This document shows positions 23,253 to 42,302 of a DNA stretch of 64,000 nucleotides, piece by piece (the stretch's first letter is position 1; each line of letters starts with the position of its first letter). The DNA lies in the NCBI RefSeq assembly GCF_058153355.1, contig NZ_CM177019.1. The stretch is one strand, 5' to 3'. Below the pieces are notes generated by a model, which had not been told where the DNA came from, searched no databases, and saw nothing but the letters and a program-made list of their open reading frames with translations. The translations under genes and the position numbers were made by a program.

Positions 23253-24380
23253 TCACCCTTTGATATTAACCAACCCATGCAGAACCTGATCCAGACCGCC
23301 AAATACAGAGATGTTATCGATCCGCTCAGCCACTCTCTCCAGCGTTTCCAGTTCTTTTAAGCGTAACGCCACCGGGTTGTTTTCCATGACTTTAGCGGTA
23401 TTGAGTAACGAACGTGTCGCTGCCGTTTCTTCACGCCGACGAATCACATTCGCCTGCGCAGATTTCTCTGCCTCAACCAGCTGCGCGAGGATATTTTTCA
23501 TATCACCAGGCAGGACGATATCTTTCACCCCTAATGAGGCAATCTCCATACCAAATGGCAACATGCGCGATTTCACCTGTTCGCTGACAACGTCATCAAT
23601 GACCTGTTTATCTTCCAGCAACTCATCCAGCGTACGCGTACCTACCGCTTCACGCAGTGCAAATTGCAATTCCCGATACAAATGATCAATCGGCTTCGTT
23701 AACTGACTAAATGCCAATAACACGTCGCTGTAGCGCCAGTTGGCGGCGAGGTTAATCCGCAGATTGACTTTATCTTTCGTTAAGATTTCTTGCCCGCTGA
23801 CTTCCAGTACCTGCAAGCGGGTGTCAACCACTTCAGCTTCAACCAGATGGTTAATTTTCCAGTACGCAGTCAGTCCCGGCAGTAACAGCGCCTGCGTTTC
23901 ACCATCGATTTTCAGTACACCTACGTGCCAGGCCGGAACCTGCACCGTCAGTATCGCATCGCGGCCTTTAACTGCCCCTTTGCGCCGTGGCTGCAATACC
24001 GCATTCATCACCTCCGTTTGAACCTGGACTTGCTGCGTATTCATCCGCACAAGCGTCAAATCATCCTCTACACGCCAGTACAAACGACGCGTTGATGGCG
24101 GCAGGATCTCCAGCAAAATACCGTCCATATACAACGCCCCGGCTTCAGTCTCCGACAAGTCGGCCACCACGCAATATCTTTCCACCCAATCAGGCTGAAA
24201 GCGGCGCAAATAATCCGCCAGCACGTCGGGAACTTCGCTGCCATCGAGCGTAATCAGCAAGACTTCTGGCGTATTTAACCAGGGTAAAAGATGCTCGCCT
24301 GCAGGCAGCACTTTGTAGTAATCGCCATTTCTGGAGAGTAATGCCAGCTGATCTTTTCTTACGCTTATTTTCTTAATCAT
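23253..24380 (-). CDS. SPFH/band-7 (stomatin-like) domain protein with an N-terminal domain of about 190 aa and no obvious membrane anchor
   Basis: The C-terminal half (ILTKDKVNLRINLAANWRY...GVKDIVLPGDMKNILAQLVEAEKSAQANVIRRREETAATRSL...PVALRLKELETLERVA) aligns with the stomatin/HflC SPFH core and the coiled-coil AEAE region; SD AAGGA before the ATG at 24380. Confidence 0.75.
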   Translation of the reverse strand: MIKKISVRKDQLALLSRNGDYYKVLPAGEHLLPWLNTPEVLLITLDGSEVPDVLADYLRRFQPDWVERYCVVADLSETEAGALYMDGILLEILPPSTRRLYWRVEDDLTLVRMNTQQVQVQTEVMNAVLQPRRKGAVKGRDAILTVQVPAWHVGVLKIDGETQALLLPGLTAYWKINHLVEAEVVDTRLQVLEVSGQEILTKDKVNLRINLAANWRYSDVLLAFSQLTKPIDHLYRELQFALREAVGTRTLDELLEDKQVIDDVVSEQVKSRMLPFGMEIASLGVKDIVLPGDMKNILAQLVEAEKSAQANVIRRREETAATRSLLNTAKVMENNPVALRLKELETLERVAERIDNISVFGGLDQVLHGLVNIKG

Positions 24381-24908
24381 TATCTATTCCTTGCTTAACA
24401 GCCGTCGCGGAAGCAGATACGAAGCGACAGGGGAATTCCCTTTTGCCTGTTACCCGGCGTCTTTATCGGCGACGTTATCGGGGATCGCTGACTGCGCAAT
24501 CCCTCATTTTTTATTTAATAAGTTACAACCAGTATTCATTTCAGGAATGAATGCGGGAATCGAGCCCGTAATTGGCGTCAAAGGCTGACGGAACACGCCC
24601 GGAAAACAGCCTGGCCGTTCCTGGTGTGCCGACGGGGTTTAACCCCCTTTGAAATTCAGTATCAACGCAAAAGTGTTATTGCGAGAAGCGTGCCAGAATT
24701 GAGAAATATTTTTAACCAAATGAAAAATAAAGAGTTAATAAATTACTGTTGTTTGTAGGGGGAAAACTTTTTGCTAAATTTTTATCTGTATTTATCGTCA
24801 ATTATCAAGAAAGATAGATATTTAAGAAGGGAACAAAGGAATATTATCAGTTCTGCTTGCAAATGAATTCCCGTACACTGAATCCATCAGCTAACTGAGG
24901 GCACCATC

Positions 24909-25181
24909 ATGGCACTCCCCCGTATTACCCAAAAAGAGATGACTGAACGCGAGCAGCGTGAACTTAAAACACTGCTGGATCGGGCGCGTATTGCGCATGG
25001 TCGCGTGCTGACCAACTCGGAAACTAACAGCATTAAGAAAGAGTACATCGATAAATTAATGGTTGAGCGTGAGGCTGAAGCAAAAAAAGCCCGCCAGTTG
25101 AAGAAAAAGCAGGCTTATAAACCGGATCCTGAAGCGTCGTTTAGCTGGTCGGCAAATACGTCAACACGCGGCAGGCGTTAA
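24909..25181 (+). CDS. yjbD: YjbD (DUF3811) small protein
   Basis: 90-aa ORF MALPRITQKEMTEREQRELKTLLDRARIAHGRVL..., convergent with and abutting rluF as in K-12. Confidence 0.85.
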   Translation: MALPRITQKEMTEREQRELKTLLDRARIAHGRVLTNSETNSIKKEYIDKLMVEREAEAKKARQLKKKQAYKPDPEASFSWSANTSTRGRR

Positions 25182-26054
25182 TCAACGCCCCTTCTTTTTG
25201 CGCCCCGGCGAGGTAAAACGTTTACCATTTGACGCCGGGCGACCGCCTTTTTCCGCCGTTTTTTCCATCTTAACGACTGGACGTTTGATGCCCGCCGTTT
25301 TCGGTTTGGCCTTCGCTTTAGGTTTTGCCTCGGAAGAGGAATTTTCAATGAGCTTAAAGAGATCGATAAGCTCATCGTCGGTTAAATCGCGCCACTCACC
25401 CAGCGGAATGCCGCTTAAGCTGACGTTCATAATGCGCGTACGTTCCAGCTTTTTCACTTCATAGCCGAAGTATTCGCACATGCGACGGATCTGACGGTTC
25501 AGTCCCTGCACTAGGGTAATGCGAAAAACAAACGGCGCTTCTTTTTTGACTTTGCACTTTTTCGTCACCGTCCCGAGGATCGGCACCCCCGCCCCCATAC
25601 CACGAATAAATTCATCGGTAATCGGTTTATCGACCGTAACCAGATACTCTTTCTCATGATCGTTACCCGCACGGAGGATCTTATTCACCAGATCGCCGTG
25701 ATTGGTGAGGAAAATCAGCCCCTGGGAATCTTTATCCAGGCGGCCAATCGGGAACACGCGTTTGCTGTGGTTAACAAAATCGACAATGTTATCGCGCTCG
25801 CCATCTTCGGTGGTGCTGACAATACCGACGGGCTTGTTCAGGGCGATAAGTACCAAATCTTCGGCTTCCCGAGGCTCAATCAACTGACCATTTACTTTCA
25901 CAACGTCGCCGGGTTTCACCTGATCGCCAATGGTGGCTCGCTTGCCATTAAGGAACACATTGCCTTGCTCGATATAGCGATCCGCTTCGCGGCGTGAGCA
26001 AATTCCGCTTTCGCTGATGTATTTATTTAAACGGACTGATGAGTCGGGCAGCAT
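25182..26054 (-). CDS. rluF: 23S rRNA pseudouridine(2604) synthase
   Basis: 290-aa ORF beginning [40 protein letters not shown] (S4 domain plus pseudouridine synthase core). Confidence 0.93.
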   Translation of the reverse strand: MLPDSSVRLNKYISESGICSRREADRYIEQGNVFLNGKRATIGDQVKPGDVVKVNGQLIEPREAEDLVLIALNKPVGIVSTTEDGERDNIVDFVNHSKRVFPIGRLDKDSQGLIFLTNHGDLVNKILRAGNDHEKEYLVTVDKPITDEFIRGMGAGVPILGTVTKKCKVKKEAPFVFRITLVQGLNRQIRRMCEYFGYEVKKLERTRIMNVSLSGIPLGEWRDLTDDELIDLFKLIENSSSEAKPKAKAKPKTAGIKRPVVKMEKTAEKGGRPASNGKRFTSPGRKKKGR

Positions 26055-26265
26055 AAATTCTCCTGTAAAAAACGGAATATACCGTACCTTTGGGTTGATA
26101 AAAAATAGTCATGTGCGAACTATTTGTTATTTCCATTGGCTTGAATTCGTTACCTGCTCAAATCACTTTCCAGAAGCAATGTGCGACATCGTGAGCCATG
26201 TCAGTAAGCGATTAAAATCACAGTGATAGCATGCCTCCCGTGATTTCTTACTAACCGGAGAAGTA

Positions 26266-26955
26266 ATGGAACTGCTTTTATTGAGTAACTCGACGCTGCC
26301 GGGAAAAGCCTAGCTGGAACACGCGCTGCCGCTGATTGCTGAACAGTTGCAGGGTCGCCGTTCAGCGGTATTTATTCCTTTCGCGGGCGTAACGCAGACC
26401 TGGGATGATTACACAGCGAAAACGGCTGCGGTTCTCGCTCCGCTGGGTGTTTCTGTCACCGGTATTCATAGCGTTGTCGATCCCGTTGCCGCGATTGAAA
26501 ATGCGGAAATTGTGATTGTCGGCGGCGGTAATACTTTCCAGTTGCTGAAACAGTGCCGCGAGCGCGGGCTGCTGGCACCAATTACTGACGTGGTGAAACG
26601 TGGCGCGCTGTATATTGGCTGGAGCGCAGGCGCTAACCTTGCTTGCCCAACCATTCGTACCACCAACGATATGCCGATTGTCGATCCGCAAGGTTTCGAT
26701 GCGCTAAATCTGTTCCCGCTGCAAATCAACCCGCACTTCACCAACGCGCTGCCGGAAGGCCATAAAGGTGAAACCCGTGAGCAGCGTATTCGCGAACTGC
26801 TGGTCGTCGCGCCAGAACTGACGATTATTGGTCTGCCGGAAGGTAACTGGATCACAGTAAGTAAAGGTCACGCTACGCTGGGTGGCCCGAACACCACTTA
26901 TGTGTTTAAGGCTGGTGAAGAAGCGGTGCCGCTGGAAGCGGGTCACCGTTTTTAA
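26266..26955 (+). pseudogene. pepE: pepE (alpha-aspartyl dipeptidase, peptidase E) interrupted by an in-frame amber codon at codon 16 (TAG at 26311..26313, where Trp/TGG is expected)
   Basis: From the ATG at 26266 the frame reads [38 protein letters not shown]...; the rest of the gene (ORF-track 26347..26955) is intact and matches PepE. Confidence 0.75.
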
Positions 26956-26960
26956 GTGAA

Positions 26961-27034
26961 TTGCCGGATGCATGATCCGGCATCTTGTACATAGTGCCTG
27001 ATGCGACGCTTTACGCGTCTTATCAGGCCTACAG
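26961..27034. repeat. REP element(s) between convergent pepE and yjbB
   Basis: GCCGGATGCATGATCCGGC hairpin and GCCTGATGCGACGCTTTACGCGTCTTATCAGGCCTAC. Confidence 0.6.
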
Positions 27035-27044
27035 GGGCACGGTA

Positions 27045-28676
27045 TTAATACTCGTCCCGTCCTTCATCTTCATCCGGCTGTTCCAGCACACTGTAAGCGA
27101 CTGAACAAAACAGCGAGTTCAGGCGCTGCATATCTCCCAGTAATCCTAAATGTAGCGAACTGGTTTCAATGCTCTGCACGTTTTGCTGATGCAGGCGATC
27201 GACGTGGGCGTGGGAATAGCGGCGATTAAGAATGCGAAAACGATGTTTGCTGCGGCGCAAACGACGGGCGCTGGTAACATCGCCAGAGAAGAAAACCGAC
27301 ATTGCCAGTTTTAAATTACTGAGCAATTGCTCATAGAGCGCATCCAGTTCCTTCAAGCCATCAAGCGAAAATGCTCGCCTTGCAGCCAGCGATTTGTCGG
27401 CAATTTCACTCCCCATGCGCTCGACGATATCGGAGGCCTGTTCAAGGTTAAGCGACATTTCGATGATCTCCGCCCAGCGACGCGACTCTTCTTCTGCCAG
27501 TTCCTCTTTTGGCATTCGCGCCAGATACAGCTTAATGGCGGTATAGAGAACGTTGATGTCATCAGCCAGCTTACGCAGCTCTTTCTCCTGCCGTGGCTCG
27601 CCGTGCATCACTTTATTCAACCCTTCCATCATCTGTTCCATGGCGTCGCCAATGCGCAGGGTTTCGCGGGCAGCGTTCGCCAGAGCAAGCGTGGGCGTAT
27701 CCAGCGCGCTGACATCCAGATGTTTAGGCCGTAGCTGGGTATCCAGTTCCGGTTCATCGCGAATAATCGTTTTGCAAAACCGTGCCATCGGGTCAACAAA
27801 TGGCAGCATGACCAGGCAGCGTACAAGGTTGTAGAAGACGTGGAAATAGATCACCAGTTCCGCTTTTGGCAATGACAACTTCCCCATTGTCTCTGCCAGC
27901 AAATGAACAAACGGCAGGATAATCAGGCTACCCACCAGCTTAAACAGCAGACTACCCAGCGCGACACGGCGGGCTGCGGCATTGGCGGCACTGTTGTTGA
28001 GCATCGCCAGCAGGCCGGAACCGAGGTTAGCACCAATCACCAGACAGAGCGCCACCGGGAAGGAGATAATGCCTGCGGCGGTCAGAGTCGCGGTCAGCAG
28101 TACAGCAGCAAGGCTGGAGTAGCTGATAATGGCGAACATCGCGCCAATCAGCGCATCCAGCAGAATATCGCCGGTTAGCGAGGCAAAGATCACCTGAACG
28201 CCGTTTGCCTGGGTGATCGGCGTTACGGCCTGCACAATCAATTCCAGCGCCAGTAAAATCAGCCCAAGACCAATACCGACACGGCCTAGTTGCCCGGCGC
28301 GTGACTGTTTGCGGCCGAGGAAAAAAATCACGCCGATAAAAATAAGTAACGGTGACAGCCAGGATAAGTCGAAGGTGAGAATACGCGCCATTAGCGCCGT
28401 CCCGACATCTGCACCCAGCACAATCACCAGCGCAGGCGCGAGAGCAACCAGATCCTGGGCGACAAACGAGGTCACCAGCATGGTGGTGGCATTACTGCTC
28501 TGCACCAGTGCGGTAACGCCGATCCCCGCACAAAAGGCGAGCGGCTTTTTTTCGACGCTCCGGCTCAGAACGGTACGCAGACGTGCGCCGAAGACGCGCA
28601 TTACGCCTGTTCGAACAATATGTGTCCCCCAGACCAACAGGGCGACGGCAGAAAGCAGGTGAAGCAGCGTTAACAC
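27045..28676 (-). CDS. yjbB: Na+/phosphate symporter family membrane protein
   Basis: 543-aa polytopic ORF beginning MLTLLHLLSAVALLVWGTHIVRTGVMRVFGARLRTVLSRSVEKKPLAF with a C-terminal PhoU-like region, in the position of yjbB. Confidence 0.88.
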   Translation of the reverse strand: MLTLLHLLSAVALLVWGTHIVRTGVMRVFGARLRTVLSRSVEKKPLAFCAGIGVTALVQSSNATTMLVTSFVAQDLVALAPALVIVLGADVGTALMARILTFDLSWLSPLLIFIGVIFFLGRKQSRAGQLGRVGIGLGLILLALELIVQAVTPITQANGVQVIFASLTGDILLDALIGAMFAIISYSSLAAVLLTATLTAAGIISFPVALCLVIGANLGSGLLAMLNNSAANAAARRVALGSLLFKLVGSLIILPFVHLLAETMGKLSLPKAELVIYFHVFYNLVRCLVMLPFVDPMARFCKTIIRDEPELDTQLRPKHLDVSALDTPTLALANAARETLRIGDAMEQMMEGLNKVMHGEPRQEKELRKLADDINVLYTAIKLYLARMPKEELAEEESRRWAEIIEMSLNLEQASDIVERMGSEIADKSLAARRAFSLDGLKELDALYEQLLSNLKLAMSVFFSGDVTSARRLRRSKHRFRILNRRYSHAHVDRLHQQNVQSIETSSLHLGLLGDMQRLNSLFCSVAYSVLEQPDEDEGRDEY

Positions 28677-28895
28677 GAGTTCAGGTTCTCCTTATCGTTA
28701 TATGTTCCTGAAGCAATTGAATGACCAAAGGACCGGAAACACGCTGACTGAAATCTTTATCGTGACTTTTGACATTCGTTTTTCCGGCTAAGATTATTCC
28801 AGCCTGATTCCAGTATAAGTGTTTCATATTAATAAAGAGACAGGGCACTCATTGAGCGCCCTGTTTGTTGTAAGGAAAAGTGACAGATTTGTGAA

Positions 28896-32579
<3,684 letters not shown>

Positions 32580-32778
32580 ACTTGCTCCCGACACGCTCAA
32601 CCCAGATTTAATAAAAATTCAACAAACCATACTGGCATAAACGCATCTGTGGTAAAAGCGACCACCACGCAACATGAGATTTGTTCAACATTAACTCATC
32701 GGATCAGTTCAGCAACTATTGCATTAGCTAACAATAAAAATGAAAATGATTTCCACGATACAGAAAAAGGAGACTGTC

Positions 32779-33603
32779 ATGGTCGCACCCATTCCCGCGA
32801 AACGCGGCAGAAAACCCGCCGTTGCCACCGCACCAGCGACTGGGCAGGTTCAGTCTTTAACGCGTGGTCTGAAATTACTGGAGTGGATTGCCGAATCCAA
32901 TGGCAGTGTGGCACTCACGGAACTGGCGCAACAAGCCGGGTTACCCAATTCCACAACCCACCGCCTGCTAACCACGATGCAACAGCAGGGTTTCGTGCGT
33001 CAAGTCGGCGAACTGGGACACTGGGCAATCGGCGCACATGCCTTTATGGTCGGCAGCAGCTTTCTCCAGAGCCGTAATTTGTTAGCCATTGTTCACCCTA
33101 TCCTGCGCAATCTAATGGAAGAGTCTGGCGAAACGGTAAATATGGCGGTGCTTGATCAAAGCGATCACGAAGCGATTATTATCGATCAGGTACAGTGTAC
33201 TCACCTGATGCGTATGTCCGCCCCTATTGGCGGTAAATTGCCGATGCACGCTTCCGGTGCAGGTAAAGCCTTTTTAGCCCAACTGAGCGAAGAACAGGTG
33301 ACGAAGCTGCTGCACCGCAAAGGGTTACATGCCTATACCCACGCAACACTGGTGTCTCCTGTACATTTAAAAGAAGATCTCGCCCAAACGCGAAAACGGG
33401 GTTATTCATTTGACGATGAGGAACATGCGCTGGGGCTGCGTTGCCTCGCAGCGTGTATTTTCGACGAGCACCGCGAACCATTTGCGGCAATTTCGATTTC
33501 CGGGCCGATTTCACGTATTACCGATGATCGCGTAACCGAGTTTGGTGCGATGGTGATTAAAGCTGCGAAGGAAGTGACGCTGGCGTACGGTGGAATGCGC
33601 TGA
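32779..33603 (+). CDS. iclR: glyoxylate-shunt transcriptional repressor
   Basis: ORF contains the IclR sequence from MVAPIPAKRGRKPAVATAPATGQVQSLTRGLKLLEWIAES...; 274 aa from the ATG at 32779 with SD AAGGAG. Confidence 0.95.
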   Translation: MVAPIPAKRGRKPAVATAPATGQVQSLTRGLKLLEWIAESNGSVALTELAQQAGLPNSTTHRLLTTMQQQGFVRQVGELGHWAIGAHAFMVGSSFLQSRNLLAIVHPILRNLMEESGETVNMAVLDQSDHEAIIIDQVQCTHLMRMSAPIGGKLPMHASGAGKAFLAQLSEEQVTKLLHRKGLHAYTHATLVSPVHLKEDLAQTRKRGYSFDDEEHALGLRCLAACIFDEHREPFAAISISGPISRITDDRVTEFGAMVIKAAKEVTLAYGGMR

Positions 33604-33918
33604 CTTTTTCTGGCGGGTAGAGGTAATATTCTGCCCGTCATACCTGAGTAGCAATAGAATAAGGGTATCTGTTAATCGCATTGACGCAAAAATAACTTAA
33701 TATCATACACTTCACACACTTTTATTAACTCAGCATTATTTTTAAACATCAAACCACTTAATTATTAACATAATCGCAAGAACTCATTGCGCCGAAATTT
33801 TTGCGGTTTCATTATGAGATTGAGCGATTTATGATATTTCTTTACTTGTAATCATATTAAATTTTTCACTGTTCTGATAGTTAAAATTCCAGACATCAAT
33901 AAACAATGAGATATTTAA

Positions 33919-38115
<4,197 letters not shown>

Positions 38116-38123
38116 GTTGTTGC

Positions 38124-39428
38124 TTAGAACTGCGATTCTTCGGTGGAGCCGGTCAGCGCGGTAACCGACGACGTGCCGCCCTGAATAATGGTCGTCACTT
38201 TATCGAAATAACCTGTACCCACTTCCTGCTGGTGAGATACGAAGGTATAGCCATCTTTCGCGGCGGCAAATTCCGGCTGCTGCACTTTCTCAACATAGTG
38301 CTTCATACCCTCGCCCTGGGCATAGGCGTTTGCCAGGTCAAACATGTTGAACCACATGCTGTGGATGCCTGCCAGGGTGATGAACTGGAACTTGTAGCCC
38401 ATATCCGACAGCTGCTGCTGGAAGCTGGCAATAGTTTTGTCGTCGAGGTTTTTCTGCCAATTGAACGACGGCGAGCAGTTATAAGCCAGCAGTTTGCCCG
38501 GATATTTCGCGTGGATGGCTTGTGCAAAGCGACGCGCCAGTTCCAGGTCTGGCGTGGAGGTTTCACACCATACCAGGTCAGCATATGGCGCATACGCCAG
38601 GCCACGGCTGATCGCTTGTTCAATACCTGCATGAGTACGGAAGAAGCCTTCGCTGGTACGCTCGCCGGTAATAAATTCGCTGTCATATGGGTCGCAATCG
38701 GAGGTAATCAGATCCGCCGCATCGGCATCGGTACGAGCAACCAGCAGGGTTGGAACGCCCGTCACGTCAGCTGCCAGACGCGCCGCAACCAGTTTCTGAA
38801 TAGCTTCCTGAGTTGGCACTAAAACTTTGCCGCCCATGTGACCGCATTTCTTCACTGATGCCAGCTGATCTTCGAAGTGAACTGCCGCTGCACCGGCTTC
38901 AATCATCGCTTTCATCAGTTCAAAGGCATTCAGGACACCGCCAAAACCGGCTTCCGCATCGGCGACGATCGGCAGGAAGTAATCGACATAGCGCGGATCG
39001 CCCGGCTCAATGCCCGCGGACCATTGGATCTGATCCGCACGGCGGAAAGTATTGTTGATCCGCTCCACCACAGCTGGCACCGAGTTTGCCGGATAGAGCG
39101 ACTGATCCGGATACATGCTGGCCGCCAGGTTAGCGTCCGCCGCTACCTGCCATCCCGACAGATAGACTGCTTCAATACCCGCTTTCGCCTGTTGCAGCGC
39201 CTGACCGCCAGTCAGTGCACCGAGGCTGTTGATGTAGCCTTTTTTCGACTCGCCATGCAGCAGACGCCACATTTTCGCCGCGCCCAGTTGCGCCAGCGTG
39301 CATTCAGGATTGACTGAACCGCGTAATTTCACCACATCTTCCGCGCTGTATGGGCGAGTAATGCCTTCCCAACGCGGTTGAGTCCACTCTTTCTGTAATT
39401 CTTCAATTTGTTGTGTACGGGTTTTCAT
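38124..39428 (-). CDS. aceA: isocitrate lyase
   Basis: ORF matches AceA from [38 protein letters not shown]...; 434 aa from the ATG at 39428. Confidence 0.97.
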   Translation of the reverse strand: MKTRTQQIEELQKEWTQPRWEGITRPYSAEDVVKLRGSVNPECTLAQLGAAKMWRLLHGESKKGYINSLGALTGGQALQQAKAGIEAVYLSGWQVAADANLAASMYPDQSLYPANSVPAVVERINNTFRRADQIQWSAGIEPGDPRYVDYFLPIVADAEAGFGGVLNAFELMKAMIEAGAAAVHFEDQLASVKKCGHMGGKVLVPTQEAIQKLVAARLAADVTGVPTLLVARTDADAADLITSDCDPYDSEFITGERTSEGFFRTHAGIEQAISRGLAYAPYADLVWCETSTPDLELARRFAQAIHAKYPGKLLAYNCSPSFNWQKNLDDKTIASFQQQLSDMGYKFQFITLAGIHSMWFNMFDLANAYAQGEGMKHYVEKVQQPEFAAAKDGYTFVSHQQEVGTGYFDKVTTIIQGGTSSVTALTGSTEESQF

Positions 39429-39457
39429 GTGCAGATGCTCCATAGTTATGTGGTGGT

Positions 39458-41059
39458 TTACGCTAACAGGCGGTAGCCTGGCAGGGTCAGGAAATCTATT
39501 AACTCATCGGAAGTGGTGATCTGTTCCATCAAGCGTGCGGCATCGTCAAAACGCCCCTGGGAGAAACGTTCTTCGCCCAGTTCGCTGGTAATGACTTTCA
39601 TCTCTTCGCCCAGCATCTGGCGGAACAAGGCTTTGGTCACCGGTTTGCCATTGCTCAACGTTTTTTGATGATGGATCCACTGCCAGATTGAGGTACGGGA
39701 AATTTCAGCCGTCGCAGCATCTTCCATCAGGCCATAAATCGGCACGCAGCCGTTGCCGGAGATCCATGCTTCGATGTACTGCACAGCCACGCGAATGTTG
39801 GCGCGCATACCTTCTTCGGTGCGTTCACCATCACAAGGTGCCAGCAGCTGATCGGCAGTAATCGGCGCGTCTTGTTCGCGCATCACTTCAAGCTGATTTT
39901 TACGGGAGCCGAGAATGTCGTTGAATACCGCCATTGCCGTGTCAGCAAGGCCAGGGTGGGCAATCCATGTGCCATCGTGACCGTTGTTGGCTTCCAGCGC
40001 TTTATCCGCTTTTACTTTGTTCAGCACCTGGTTATTGCGCTCTTCATCTTTGCTCGGAATAAACGCTGCCATGCCGCCCATCGCAAAAGCTCCGCGTTTA
40101 TGGCAGGTTTTGATTAACAGGCGTGAGTAGGCATTAAGGAACGGTTTATCCATCGTCACTGCCTGTCTGTCTGGCAGGACGCGATCGGGATAGTTTTTCA
40201 ACGTTTTGATATAGCTGAAGATGTAATCCCAACGACCGCAGTTCAGACCAACAATATGGTCACGCAGCGCGTGAAGGATTTCATCCATCTGGAACACGGC
40301 GGGCAGCGTTTCAATCAGCAACGTCGCCTTGATGGTGCCGCGCGCCAGATTAAAGCGATCTTCTGCATAGCTGAAGACTTCGCTCCACCAGGCCGCTTCC
40401 TGCCAGGACTGGGTTTTCGGCAGATAGAAATAGGGACCGCTGCCCTTTGCCAACAGTGCCTGATAGTTGTGAAAGAAGTAGAGCGCAAAATCAAACAGGC
40501 TGCCAGGGATTGCCTCACCACGCCAGGTGACATGTTTTTCCGGCAAATGCAGACCGCGTACCCGACAAATCAAAACCGCTGGATTGGGCTTGAGCTGATA
40601 AATTTTACCTGCTTCATTGGTGTAACTGATGGTGCCATTAACTGCATCGCGCAGGTTAATTTGTCCATCGATCACTTTGTTCCAGTCGGGGGCCAGTGAA
40701 TCCTCAAAATCGGCCATAAAGACTTTCACATTGGCGTTGAGCGCGTTGATCACCATCTTGCGCTCAACCGGGCCAGTTATCTCGACTCGACGATCTTGTA
40801 AGTCCGCAGGAATCCCACGAATTTTCCAGTCATCTTTTCTAATGGAAGCCGTTTCCGAAATAAAATCAGGCAATGTTCCGTTATCGATATCCTGCTGCTG
40901 CTGAATGCGCGCTGCCAGAAGTTTATTACGTTGTGGCGTAAAATGCGTCACCAGCTCAGTCAGAAATTCTACCGCTTCGGCAGTAAGAATTTGCTTCTCC
41001 TGCTCGCCATACGGCCTTGTGAAAACCAGTTCATCGGTTGTTGTTGCCTGTTCAGTCAT
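39458..41059 (-). CDS. aceB: malate synthase A
   Basis: ORF matches AceB from [33 protein letters not shown]...; 533 aa from the ATG at 41059 (SD GAGGAG). Confidence 0.97.
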   Translation of the reverse strand: MTEQATTTDELVFTRPYGEQEKQILTAEAVEFLTELVTHFTPQRNKLLAARIQQQQDIDNGTLPDFISETASIRKDDWKIRGIPADLQDRRVEITGPVERKMVINALNANVKVFMADFEDSLAPDWNKVIDGQINLRDAVNGTISYTNEAGKIYQLKPNPAVLICRVRGLHLPEKHVTWRGEAIPGSLFDFALYFFHNYQALLAKGSGPYFYLPKTQSWQEAAWWSEVFSYAEDRFNLARGTIKATLLIETLPAVFQMDEILHALRDHIVGLNCGRWDYIFSYIKTLKNYPDRVLPDRQAVTMDKPFLNAYSRLLIKTCHKRGAFAMGGMAAFIPSKDEERNNQVLNKVKADKALEANNGHDGTWIAHPGLADTAMAVFNDILGSRKNQLEVMREQDAPITADQLLAPCDGERTEEGMRANIRVAVQYIEAWISGNGCVPIYGLMEDAATAEISRTSIWQWIHHQKTLSNGKPVTKALFRQMLGEEMKVITSELGEERFSQGRFDDAARLMEQITTSDELIDFLTLPGYRLLA

Positions 41060-41154
41060 CGTGCAGCTCCTCGTCATGGATCCGAAAACTTCCCCACTGT
41101 GAACGAAGGATTGTTGTGTGCTTTTCGTTCAGCACAACTAAGACTACTCATTTA

Positions 41155-41185
41155 AAATGCAAAATCAAAAACAATTTCCATTTTA
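41155..41185 (-). promoter_or_regulatory. aceBAK promoter region with a candidate IclR operator (AAATGGAAATTGTTTTTGATTTT on the transcribed strand)
   Basis: AT-rich sequence about 100 bp upstream of aceB containing TGGAAAT-type half-sites; the assignment rests on recalled IclR-box features, not a computed match. Confidence 0.4.
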
Positions 41186-41259
41186 AATAAAAATACATGT
41201 TAACCTATTGATAACAATATGAATAAAATTTATTCACCTCTTGAGGTGTGTTTCGGAAA

Positions 41260-41283
41260 TAAAAAAGGCACCCGAAGGTGCCT
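41260..41283 (-). terminator. rho-independent terminator downstream of metA
   Basis: On the minus strand, AGGCACCTTCGGGTGCCT hairpin followed by TTTTTTT, 45 bp after the metA stop. Confidence 0.65.
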
Positions 41284-41327
41284 GAGGTTAGGTGCTGAAT
41301 CGCTTAACGATCGACTATCACAGAAGA

Positions 41328-42257
41328 TTAATCCAACGTTGGATTCATGTGCCGTAGATCGTATGGCGTGATCTGGTAGACGTAATAGTTGAGCCAGTTG
41401 GTAAACAGCAAATTACCGTGACTACGCCAGCTCGCTCGCGGTGTATTTTGCGGATCATTATGCGGGAAATAGTTATACGGTACATCCGGGTCTAGTCCGG
41501 CTTCCACATCGCGGAAAAATTCCTGCGCCAGCGTATGTGCGTCGTATTCCGGATGCCCCGTCACAAAGGCAATGCGCTTATCTTTGCTGGCAAACAGATA
41601 TGCATCCCCTTCTTCTGTCTCCGCCAGAATTTCCAGATCGGTATAATCACGAATCAACGCTGCCGGAAAGTCAGCATAGCGCGAATGCGGTGCCAGGAAT
41701 GAATCATCAAAGCCACGTGTCAGAAGCGCATGAGGATGGAGAATATGATGCTCGTAAACGCCAGATAGTTTGTCAGTGCGGGTTTGCTTAGGAATGCCAT
41801 AGAGGATATTGAGCGCTGCCTGTACCGCCCAACAGACAAACAGCGTTGAGGTGACGTGATCTTTCGACCACTCCAGCACCTGTTTGATTTGCGGCCAGTA
41901 AGCGACGTCATTAAACTCCACCAGTCCCAGCGGCGCGCCGGTAACTATCAGACCGTCAAAGTTTTGTTCCTGAATATCTTCAAAGTTACAGTAGAAGTTA
42001 TTCAGATGCTCTGCGGGCGTGTTGCGCGATTCACGGGAATCGATGCGCAACAGCTGAATATCGACCTGCAAAGGTGAGTTTGAAAGCAGGCGCAGAAACT
42101 GATTTTCAGTTTCGATCTTCTTCGGCATCAGGTTAAGGATAAGCACCTTTAGCGGACGAATTTCCTGACCAGACGCGCGAGAAGTTGTCATCACAAAGAC
42201 GTTTTCTTCACGCAAGAAATTGACGGCGGGTAGCTCGTCCGGCACACGAATCGGCAT
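41328..42257 (-). CDS. metA: homoserine O-succinyltransferase
   Basis: 309-aa ORF beginning [51 protein letters not shown], matching MetA. Confidence 0.95.
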   Translation of the reverse strand: MPIRVPDELPAVNFLREENVFVMTTSRASGQEIRPLKVLILNLMPKKIETENQFLRLLSNSPLQVDIQLLRIDSRESRNTPAEHLNNFYCNFEDIQEQNFDGLIVTGAPLGLVEFNDVAYWPQIKQVLEWSKDHVTSTLFVCWAVQAALNILYGIPKQTRTDKLSGVYEHHILHPHALLTRGFDDSFLAPHSRYADFPAALIRDYTDLEILAETEEGDAYLFASKDKRIAFVTGHPEYDAHTLAQEFFRDVEAGLDPDVPYNYFPHNDPQNTPRASWRSHGNLLFTNWLNYYVYQITPYDLRHMNPTLD

Positions 42258-42276
42258 AACCTGATTACCTCACTAC

Positions 42277-42302
42277 ATACGCTTATACGTTTAGACATCC
42301 AG
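42277..42302 (-). promoter_or_regulatory. candidate MetJ operator (tandem 8-bp met-box-like repeats) upstream of metA
   Basis: The reverse strand reads GGATGTCT AAACGTAT AAGCGTAT, resembling tandem AGACGTCT met boxes; position relative to the promoter not verified. Confidence 0.35.

Noticed and set aside
24381-24908. 528-bp AT-rich non-coding region upstream of the SPFH operon, including ORF 24391..24588
   Set aside because: No convincing coding signal or RNA-gene signature that I can recognise; most likely a promoter region for the divergent SPFH operon and yjbD.
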